Below, piece after piece: positions 1 through 10,219 of a DNA stretch of 64,000 nucleotides. Under the pieces are notes generated by a model that was given only the letters and a program-made list of their open reading frames with translations, made no database searches and was not told the DNA's origin. Within the stretch, counting starts at the first letter, position 1. Each line of letters starts with the position of its first letter. Made by a program: the position numbers and the translations under genes. The DNA comes from Sedimentisphaerales bacterium (GTDB lineage: Bacteria > Planctomycetota > Phycisphaerae > Sedimentisphaerales > Anaerobacaceae): NCBI GenBank assembly GCA_963708075.1, contig OY970194.1, positions 3,616,001-3,680,000 on the forward strand, in the 5' to 3' direction.

Positions 1-347
1 TCGACGCATGATTGGCTCCTTGTCACTCAATGCTCTGCTCGATGAACAGGATATCCGATTCATCGGGAGAAGTCGAGCGAGCACTGCATGGAAGACGTTC
101 AGACGCGCAATAAGAAAGGGGAGCATAAGCTCCCCTTCGGTGGCGGTGTGACGATTCTTGCCGGGGACTAGTTTTCCCGTCCGTAGCCCTCAAGCGATAT
201 CGTAAGCTCAGTAAACTCTTTGGAGGTGATAATCCTGTCTTCCACCAGCTCTTTGAGAATGAAGAAGACCCAGGATACACCGTCGCTGTTTCTTGTTCGT
301 ACACATTTGTATTCTTCGGGCAGATTCGGTGGATACACAAGACACCT

Positions 348-707
348 CTACTTTACAAGTTCTACAAGTGTGGCGTACAAAAACATGACCTGCTCCAGCC
401 CTCCTTCTTCTCCGAGACACCAGGCCCTGTTCCACAGCATATTGGCCTTGGCATGCTCTCTCATGCGGAACGCCTCCTCCAGGGCCGCCCGGAATTTCCT
501 TCTGCGGTCCAGTTCGGCTTGCAGGCACGTATGGGACGGCTCTCGCGGGATGGAACACTTCGCACGCTCCAGCGCCTCGATATACGCCTGTAACGCCTGG
601 ATCTGCTGGTCGAACATCGATTGAGCCGGGTCCTGCTCCTCCAGAAAGAATGAGTTGTCAAACTCCCCCTCTTGAATCCGCTCTAAGAGTGACTTCTGGT
701 TCTTCAT
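348..707 (-). CDS. hypothetical protein (~119 aa)
   Basis: Open frame with purine-rich RBS-like AGGAAGAAAGG before ATG at 707; helical, charged composition; no recognisable family. Confidence 0.55.
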   Translation of the reverse strand: MKNQKSLLERIQEGEFDNSFFLEEQDPAQSMFDQQIQALQAYIEALERAKCSIPREPSHTCLQAELDRRRKFRAALEEAFRMREHAKANMLWNRAWCLGEEGGLEQVMFLYATLVELVK

Positions 708-1714
708 GTCGACCTTTCTTCCTACACGACGAGAGGGGCGAAACACGATAACTCGCCCCTCGGACTGCGTTCCGTTCCATTCAAGGTCCTACTGCTTCGC
801 GCGTATCTCCTTATTCATGAACATGACTACACCGTGGATGCTGCGATTCATAGATGCTGTTGCATCGCGGATGCTATCAGGCACTCTTGCTGCATGGAGC
901 CTGTAAACCCCCAGGAACGTCTGTATCGTCCAACCCATGTGCCGCTCATATCGGCGTCGATATTCCCTTTGCTGTAACTTTTTTCACCCGTTTACAGAGA
1001 TGAGCTATCCGGCGGCTTCTTAGCGGACTATCGTGCTCTTGCCGTGCGGATAGTCCGCTCACAACAGGCTCGACAACGTGACATGCAGGACTCTTTACGA
1101 CACGGCGACCGCGCGACGGACAGTACTGCTGTGGGACTCTATATTATTGGCCCCCGCCTCAGACCCCCGCCTCGCTCACGGAGGCAAGCGGCCCCAACTC
1201 TCCGCTGGTGGCGATAATCGGCAGGCGGACAATCCCGATATCGCGGCTCGTGCTTTCCCACCACGCGAGTTTCACGCCGGACGACCCGATCTCAAAGTCG
1301 CCCCGAGTGATACCGACGAGCCGATCTCCTCGAAAACCGCCATAAAAGGGTAGAGACATACGATTTTCTCGAACGTTTGCCCATCTACGGCAATTTGGGC
1401 AAACCCCGGCTTCGGCGAAAGAGCAAACTGGGAAATACCCCAGACTGCTCTCCCAATTCCCCCCCCCCCCGCCCGCGTGCAAAGGGCGTGACAAACACAG
1501 GTCACTATGCCCCCGGAACTTCACGTCCCTCCATTCCTGCCTAATAAGATTTCATGTATCTTTATACCTGGAAATAGGCCAAACCAGCGAATGACCACTG
1601 AAACACTGTGTTTTCAATTCGAGTCGGAACAGGTGCCGACCGAGGACCCCGGCACGGACAAGGGTTCAGCGGCCTCGCTGCGGCCCCGGTGAGTGTTTGT
1701 CAGCAGTCTCGTGT

Positions 1715-4309
<2,595 letters not shown>

Positions 4310-4364
4310 AACCGTATCCTCGTTCGTCGGATTCGTTTCATCACATTAGGTTATACGCTCAGTG

Positions 4365-4380
4365 TGCAAACCGTGTGCCC
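4365..4380 (-). promoter_or_regulatory. sigma54 (-24/-12) promoter of clpB
   Basis: Minus strand GGGCACACGGTTTGCA = GG-N10-GC consensus ~55 nt upstream of the start codon; palindrome TGCCATTCTGGCA at 4447-4459 is a candidate activator site. Confidence 0.7.
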
Positions 4381-4545
4381 GACCGGGTAATAATCATAAC
4401 CCATTATCAGGCAATGGATTATGCGCTTGTGCAGGCAACAATGGAGTGCCATTCTGGCAGGTCGTGCACCTGCCGTGGGTGCAAACCATCCCCGCTCATC
4501 CTCTCGCTGAGGCTCTTAAAGGCGATGCCGGAATGAGCCTTGCTA

Positions 4546-4640
4546 TGTCACCCCCGCGTAGGCGGGGGTCCAGAGCTTGCCCTCGCGAAGGCGGGGGATC
4601 GTTCGATAGGGGCTGGCTTCCCGCTTTCGCGGGAATGACA
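4546..4640. repeat. palindromic REP/RPE-like element (TGTCA-CCCGCG..GCGGG family)
   Basis: TGTCACCCCCGCGTAGGCGGGGGTCCAG ... CTGGCTTCCCGCTTTCGCGGGAATGACA inverted arms with internal hairpins. Confidence 0.8.
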
Positions 4641-4680
4641 TGTGGGCCGCCTTGCCATATCTTCCTTGTGTCAGAGATTC

Positions 4681-5130
4681 TTAGAACGTCGCCCAGTCGT
4701 ACTCGATTTCCAGCCGGAGCTTGTGTTCGGCTTCCTCCTGCGCGAGTTTCGTGAGCACGTCGCGCAGGGCCTGGCTCCTCGCAAGCGATGCCAGATTCGT
4801 GTACAGTCTGAACGCGGCCTTCTCCTTCTTCATGGCGACGACCAGCAGATCGGCATAGCTCATTCCCGGTTGCGGCGAGACCTCCGCCAACGCTTCCTCG
4901 ATATCAAGGCTGCCGACTTCCTCGTCGCCCGCGAACGCCACCTCGCCGGCTCTGATGGCCTGCAAGTGGATGCTGTGCTGCAACTCATCCGTCGCGAGCC
5001 GGCCGATGATTTCGCGCACCTCGGGCTTCGTCGCGAGCTGAGCCAGTTCCCCGTAGAATCGCCGCGATTCCACCTCCCTGGCAATCGCGAAATCCAGAAC
5101 ATCGTTCACAGTCCTGAATCGTGTCCCCAC
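4681..5130 (-). CDS. ferritin-like / rubrerythrin family protein
   Basis: Two repeats of the A..E...FY..LA...L...E..H diiron-ligand pattern (DELQH, EEAEH); probable GTG start at 5130. Confidence 0.85.
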   Translation of the reverse strand: MGTRFRTVNDVLDFAIAREVESRRFYGELAQLATKPEVREIIGRLATDELQHSIHLQAIRAGEVAFAGDEEVGSLDIEEALAEVSPQPGMSYADLLVVAMKKEKAAFRLYTNLASLARSQALRDVLTKLAQEEAEHKLRLEIEYDWATF

Positions 5131-5248
5131 GCAAACCAGTCTACCATCCCCCGCCCGCAAAGCAAGTCCCCTGTCAAACCGTGCATGAACGAGAGGTGGA
5201 GAAATCCGAAGCACGAAATCCGAAATTTGAGGCCAATCGGATCAGGTA

Positions 5249-5835
5249 TTGAATAGTTAAAGAAAATCGCCTTAGTCGGTCGATCTTTTCAGGCATGCGG
5301 ACACCAGGAAAACCCGAAGAGCTCGAGCGACAGCGGTTTAAGGCCGTTGCTCTGGTTGAAGCCGGTCACCGGCCCGGTGAAGTGGCCCGGCGACTCGGCG
5401 TCTCGCCGGGAGCCGTCTCCCGATGGAAGAAGATCTATCAGCGAACCGGGCTGGCCGGCTTGAAGGCCAAGCCGCATCCCGGCCGCCGGCCCAAGCTGAC
5501 GGCCCGGCAGCGGCGGAAGCTGGAACAGTTGCTGCGGAAAGGTCCTCTCGCCCACGGGTATGCGACCGATCTATGGACGGTGAAGCGGATCGCCGAAGTC
5601 ATCGAGGAGCATTTCGGGGTCTGCTACGACCCTTCCGGGGTCTGGCACGTGCTACACAGCATTGGCTGGACGTGCCGGAAACCCGAAGGCCAGGCGCGCG
5701 AACGCGACGCAATGCCCATCGCCGGTCGCCATCAGCAAGACCGGCCTCGCGCCAAGAGAAGCTCGCCCAAGCGGCCGTAATCCCGTGCCTCACACATCCC
5801 AGGCTTGAATAGTGCCATTTTCTTTATCTATTCAA
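5249..5835 (+). mobile_element. IS630-family remnant: HTH-only ORF (5295-5780) between 19-bp inverted repeats, no DDE domain
   Basis: ORF has IS630 N-terminal features (VARRLGVSPGAVSRW, GRRPKL, DLWTVKRIAEVIEEHFGVCY, GWTCRKP); TTGAATAGTTAAAGAAAAT (5249-5267) versus ATTTTCTTTATCTATTCAA (5817-5835), 1 mismatch. Confidence 0.8.
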
Positions 5836-6000
5836 AGACCGATAAATGCAAAACCCGAACGACAGAAAGGCAATCGCTAGTCTGACCCCATTTTGAGTTT
5901 CGACATTCGCTCATTCGAGCTTGTTTCGAATTTCGATATTCGGATTTCGAATTTCCACCTTGGGCAGCGTTCCTTCCATTCCCCCGAAAACGACCGCCTT

Positions 6001-6270
6001 TTGAATAGATAAAGCAAATCGCCCCCACTCACGGCCATTTCATTTAACTATTCAAAGGTCAATGGCATGGGGTCTCCAGATTCCATCCACGCCGAATAAT
6101 GAATAATGAAGACACGACCCCCGCCCCCGAATCAATACCGACCTGTGAACGGATAAATGAAATAGCTCACACTCACGGCCATTTCGTTTAACTATTCAAA
6201 GGCCAGCAGTATGGGGTCTCCAGACAACGTCCGCGCGAATAATTGCCAATTGCAGACCTGACGACCCCCA
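6001..6270. repeat. tandemly duplicated ~125-145 bp module carrying miniature copies of the IS630-like inverted repeat
   Basis: CACTCACGGCCATTTC.TTTAACTATTCAAAGG...ATGGGGTCTCCAGA occurs at ~6026-6080 and ~6170-6224; each unit ends in GACCCC. Confidence 0.75.
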
Positions 6271-6336
6271 GACCTGTCGAATGAGCAAAATGAGAAGAAG
6301 TACCGCGTACCTCCAGTTCCCCACTCCTCTGTCTGC

Positions 6337-7059
6337 TTACTTGATTCTCAGAGGATATACAAGTCGCTGAGTGTTTGGGTCAAAAAGAATGCGAATCATT
6401 GTATCCGCGTAGGCATCCAACACCGCTACAATCTTCCTGTTCTGCGCTACCATTGTTTGCCTGCACTGGCTCCTAGCAAGCCTGCATGCACGGTCGAAAT
6501 CATCCGACACGTGTTTGATCTTGTTCATTCGCGGGTTCGTTCTGAGCAGATCGAACTCATCCAAGATATCCATTCCTGCAGGTTCAAACCGCCGTTGATG
6601 TACATGATGCGACCTGATGTCGACAATCGGTTTGAACGTCAACTTGATGACCTCGCGCAGCTGCTCAGATTTGGAGCGCGTTTGCGAAGACCGTTTATCG
6701 TTCCTCAGAGCTCTCTCAATAGTTGTGAGACAAGCCAGAAGGCGTTCTTTCAGTATATATGCCTCTTGAAGGTAATTCTGGACATGGTACTTCAGACACC
6801 TTAGCTCTGTCACTTGGCTATTGCGATGAGGGAAACTGCCAACATAGACAGCGATGTCTTTGAGAGCTTGGAAGGAAGCCTCAATCTCGTCAAAGCCTCC
6901 CAACATCTTGTCCCAGTAGAAATCAGTAGACCTCCGCATCGTGACCCATTGATCCAGTTTTGTCTCCAGAGGCAGCGACGTATGCTCAATATCTGTTCGG
7001 CGAATCAACTGTTTTCCTTCACCTGTAACCAGATCTAAGAGATCCTGCCATCCTGCCAT
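6337..7059 (-). CDS. putative HEPN-domain protein (Cthe_2314-like)
   Basis: All-helical 240 aa; LKYHVQNYLQEAYILKER helix followed by R-x4-H motif (IRSHHVH); lower GC than flanks. Confidence 0.6.
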   Translation of the reverse strand: MAGWQDLLDLVTGEGKQLIRRTDIEHTSLPLETKLDQWVTMRRSTDFYWDKMLGGFDEIEASFQALKDIAVYVGSFPHRNSQVTELRCLKYHVQNYLQEAYILKERLLACLTTIERALRNDKRSSQTRSKSEQLREVIKLTFKPIVDIRSHHVHQRRFEPAGMDILDEFDLLRTNPRMNKIKHVSDDFDRACRLARSQCRQTMVAQNRKIVAVLDAYADTMIRILFDPNTQRLVYPLRIK

Positions 7060-7169
7060 GTTATGCCTCTTGTGAAGAGGTTCGCGACGATAAGGTGTGG
7101 AACGTACGGCGGTCCCTAAACATACGATATGTCCACAGGGTCAAGGCTCGTCTTCCTCGACACGCCATG

Positions 7170-8168
7170 TCATGAATCCGCCTTGAACTTCTTACTCGTT
7201 TTGTATAGATACGTCGCCACCTGATCGCCCGGTGGCTTCGCATCATCGATCACACCTGCGATCTTGAGAATTACTTTGGCGAACGAGGCCCAAGAGAATG
7301 TGCCGGCGTCGACCAAGACGGGGGCACTCCGCAAAATCATCCTCCTGATACGGCTACTCTCATGCTTCCTCATCCGATTCTCCAGAGACATCAGTGCGCC
7401 TTTGATCTCCGTATTGACCAGCACATTGGCCTCCTGGCGGATTTCGTGTAGGTCACGTATCCCCTTGATCTGGCGGTAAAGCTGCCATGTCAACTTCCGT
7501 ATTCCACCACGGAATTCAAGCAATTCATCCCTCAGGGCGGTCCTCACTTCTAACAGATCGTCGATCTCAACCGCTCTGATGCCGGGCAGGGCCAGTTGGC
7601 AGATCGCGGATTGAGCAAGCACAGCATTCAGAAGTTCTGTAGCCTCTCCTGGAGTGCCTACTTTGCGCGACGTTGTACAGTCCAGGGCTATCGGATAGCC
7701 TTTCTCATGCGAGATTGCGCAAGCCAACAATGCGTGCTCCAGACTGACCTGCGGATGTGTTTCTTTCACATCGCACATTTCCTCTCTCGTAACTGCTCTG
7801 TATCCGCCGGTTGAACGCAGACGGCGAGCCCAGTCCCACGACTTTGTATCCACGATGCCTTCACGCTCTAATGCATCAAGCATATCTATGAACTTCGTTC
7901 CTGCTTTGATGCATGCCAGATCGGTTGCCGCAGCAAGCTCACGGATGCCGGGGAATAGAGAGTCGCTTACTTCACCCTCCTGAGCAGCCGTCATTTGTTC
8001 AAGCACTTTTTGCACGATATGCAGCGGCCAACTGCAGACGACCACTTGATCATGATACAGACACAGGCTTGCCCAGACGGTCAGATCTGGTAGAGTCGTA
8101 AAGTGCTCGGCCGCAGGAAACCACACCACAACAGATTTGTCAGAACCTTCATCAACCATTCTTCGCAC
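7170..8168 (-). CDS. hypothetical protein, possibly DUF6236-like
   Basis: 332 aa lower-GC ORF; LCLYHDQV and LPGI..VEIDDLLEVR...RDELLEFR segments resemble DUF6236-type proteins (by recollection, not searched). Confidence 0.6.
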   Translation of the reverse strand: MRRMVDEGSDKSVVVWFPAAEHFTTLPDLTVWASLCLYHDQVVVCSWPLHIVQKVLEQMTAAQEGEVSDSLFPGIRELAAATDLACIKAGTKFIDMLDALEREGIVDTKSWDWARRLRSTGGYRAVTREEMCDVKETHPQVSLEHALLACAISHEKGYPIALDCTTSRKVGTPGEATELLNAVLAQSAICQLALPGIRAVEIDDLLEVRTALRDELLEFRGGIRKLTWQLYRQIKGIRDLHEIRQEANVLVNTEIKGALMSLENRMRKHESSRIRRMILRSAPVLVDAGTFSWASFAKVILKIAGVIDDAKPPGDQVATYLYKTSKKFKADS

Positions 8169-8451
8169 TCAAGGATGTCCGGTTATGTTATCCTCTCTCC
8201 GGGTTCAGGAGTCAAGACGCGCCCGCAGGCTGTCAGTTCTAGCACTGTTCAGGATTGCGGAGAGCGGCGACGGAGGTCCTTATTCTCCCCCCTGTCGAAG
8301 GGCACAGTAGCCTGCGAATCCATATCCTATTGTAGGGACAAGTCGGGGGAGAGGCAAATGGAAACCAGGACAGTAGCCACTTGGCAGTTCTCGGTCGTCG
8401 CCGAAGAACCTTGTGAAGACCGCCGAGGGACAGTTTCCATTTGCCTTCGGT

Positions 8452-9156
8452 CTACCAGACGCCGGGGATCAGGCGGCGGGGAACTCGGGCGGCGTAGTCT
8501 TTGTAGCCTGGCAGTTCCTTTTGGAGCGTTCTGTCCTCCAGGATGGTTCGCACCACGAGGACTACCGTCGCGACGGCGGATGGGATCAGGGCGTACAAGG
8601 AGCCTAAGGACAGGGGAATGCCGGCCATCATGAAGAGGGCGCCGAGGTAGAGGGGGTGGCGGACGACGGCATAGGGGCCGGTGTCGATCACTTTGTGGCC
8701 TCGCTCGGTCTGGATTCGCACGCTCGGCTCGGCGAACTTGTTGACGCTCTCGGCCCAGATGGAAATGAGGTAGCCGATGCACAGCAGGATGTAGCCGAGG
8801 ACGATCAGCCAGGGCGGAACGCTGGACCAGTGGAATCGGCCGGAGTCGAAGGCGGCTAATGGGAACATCGCGGCGAATGAGAGCATCAGCGGCACGATCA
8901 GCGCTTTGTCCCAGCGTTTCGTGCCCGCACCGAACATCCTGCTTCGGGCAGCGAAGATTTCGGGGTTGGTGCGCCGCAGATAGATGATGCTCGGGACCGT
9001 CAAGACGAAGAAGACCAGGAGAAAGAGCCAGCCTTTCCACCAGCGGATATCGCCGGCGGGGAGGAAGATCAGGACGCCGAGAACGACGAAGGATATCCCA
9101 AGCGAGAGAATACCCCGCCCAAGCACGGCCGTCGGTCCCCGTTGTCCATCTGACAT
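8452..9156 (-). CDS. isoprenylcysteine carboxyl methyltransferase (ICMT) family membrane protein
   Basis: Multiple TM helices; HKVIDTGPYAVVRHPLYLG and EDRTL...LPGYKDYAARVPRRLIPGVW motifs; RBS before ATG 9156. Confidence 0.9.
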   Translation of the reverse strand: MSDGQRGPTAVLGRGILSLGISFVVLGVLIFLPAGDIRWWKGWLFLLVFFVLTVPSIIYLRRTNPEIFAARSRMFGAGTKRWDKALIVPLMLSFAAMFPLAAFDSGRFHWSSVPPWLIVLGYILLCIGYLISIWAESVNKFAEPSVRIQTERGHKVIDTGPYAVVRHPLYLGALFMMAGIPLSLGSLYALIPSAVATVVLVVRTILEDRTLQKELPGYKDYAARVPRRLIPGVW

Positions 9157-9345
9157 GTCCCTGACCCTCCCTGCTGACTCTTCCGACTCGTCCTGTAGAG
9201 CGTAGAGAACGCATAACTCGATTGTAGGCCCGGGCCAGGCGAAAGGCAAACGGAATCAAGATGGCGGTCGATACACGTGTCGCAAGGATTACTTACGTGC
9301 CTGTGGCGGGCCAACAAAAAAAGACGTGCAGCACCCGGATTTCGC

Positions 9346-9374
9346 TTGACAGGAAGTCTCGATGTTCGTATAGT
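9346..9374 (+). promoter_or_regulatory. near-consensus sigma70 promoter upstream of repeat array 1
   Basis: TTGACA (9346-9351) - 17 nt - TATAGT (9369-9374). Confidence 0.75.
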
Positions 9375-9552
9375 ATCTAAACAACTGAATAGAGAATCAT
9401 GGGCAGCGGTTTCGGAGGATCATGAGCGGCAAGATGCAAGTCCGCGTCAGTGGCCACAATACCCCAAAGTCCATCGCGGAGGCGCGGGAAATGAGATCAG
9501 AACCAATCCCCCCATGGATCATCTCCGCAGTCTGTGTGGCGAGGAATCTGTA

Positions 9553-10100
9553 TGTGAAACAAAGCCAATTGCGGGCCGGGGCTCTGGGATTGCGGATTGT
9601 CGATTGCGGAGTGCGGATTGAAGGACGGATGCCGGCAATGACACACATGCGCGGCGCGCAGAACGAGGCCAATTCGGCACGCCGGGGTCGGCCGCGAAAC
9701 AAAGCCAATTTTGGGAAGGATAGGTTATCTGGGAACAATAGAACATTGCGTGCGGGGCAGTCCCACCGCGAGCAGCCTTTGCGAAATAAAGCCAATTGCC
9801 ATGGCAAGACAAGGCCGAGACGGCCTCGCCACGCGGCTCCCGGCGAGTTGTGCGAAACAAAGCCAATCTATTGGCAGAGGGCAGCAGGCGAGAGGCGGCA
9901 GGCTGAAGGAAACTGCACGGATGACTCTGCGAAACAAAGCCAACTGGAGAGGCTGGAATTAACCCTAAGTCCTTTGTGGTAAAGCGGTTACGTTCAATTC
10001 CGCGAGAATGCGAAACAAAGCCAATTCCCGGACCGGGCTGCTGGCAGGCAATCCGGGGCGAGCGGGGACGCCGGCCCTGCTGCGCGAAACAAAGCCAACT
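9553..10100 (+). repeat. interspaced array 1: 8 copies of 18-nt (T/C)GCGAAACAAAGCCAA(T/C)T
   Basis: Copies start at 9553, 9657 (degenerate), 9693, 9780, 9851, 9928, 10009, 10083; spacers 86, 18, 69, 53, 59, 63, 56 nt. Confidence 0.95.
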
Positions 10101-10117
10101 GGCGGATGAGCGATATC

Positions 10118-10165
10118 AAAAAGCACGCCGGTCGAGGCGGGAGAGCTTTCCTGCCTCGACCGGCG
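10118..10165 (-). terminator. long GC-rich hairpin/terminator between array 1 and the GEVED gene
   Basis: CGCCGGTCGAGGCGGGA-loop-TCCTGCCTCGACCGGCG; A-run at 10118-10122 gives a U-tail on the minus strand. Confidence 0.7.
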
Positions 10166-10219
10166 GTGGGTTGCGTATTCGGTTCGGACCCGCAGAGCAC
10201 GCGGGGCCCCGGCGTTTTG

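Noticed and set aside
5750..5780. Programmed -1 frameshift into an IS630 DDE domain
   Set aside because: Slippery A-run is degenerate and no DDE-coding sequence follows before the right inverted repeat
6270..8300. Integron cassette array
   Set aside because: No convincing attC (RYYYAAC..GTTRRRY) hairpins and no integrase
9422..9982. 186-aa ORF over array 1 and similar ORFs over array 2
   Set aside because: The repeat is read in different frames within the same ORF and the composition is low-complexity; probably non-coding, though a short leader peptide is not excluded
9553..10100. Canonical CRISPR array (also 60844-61490)
   Set aside because: Repeat is only ~18 nt, spacers range 17-86 nt and are related to each other, and there are no cas genes in the window
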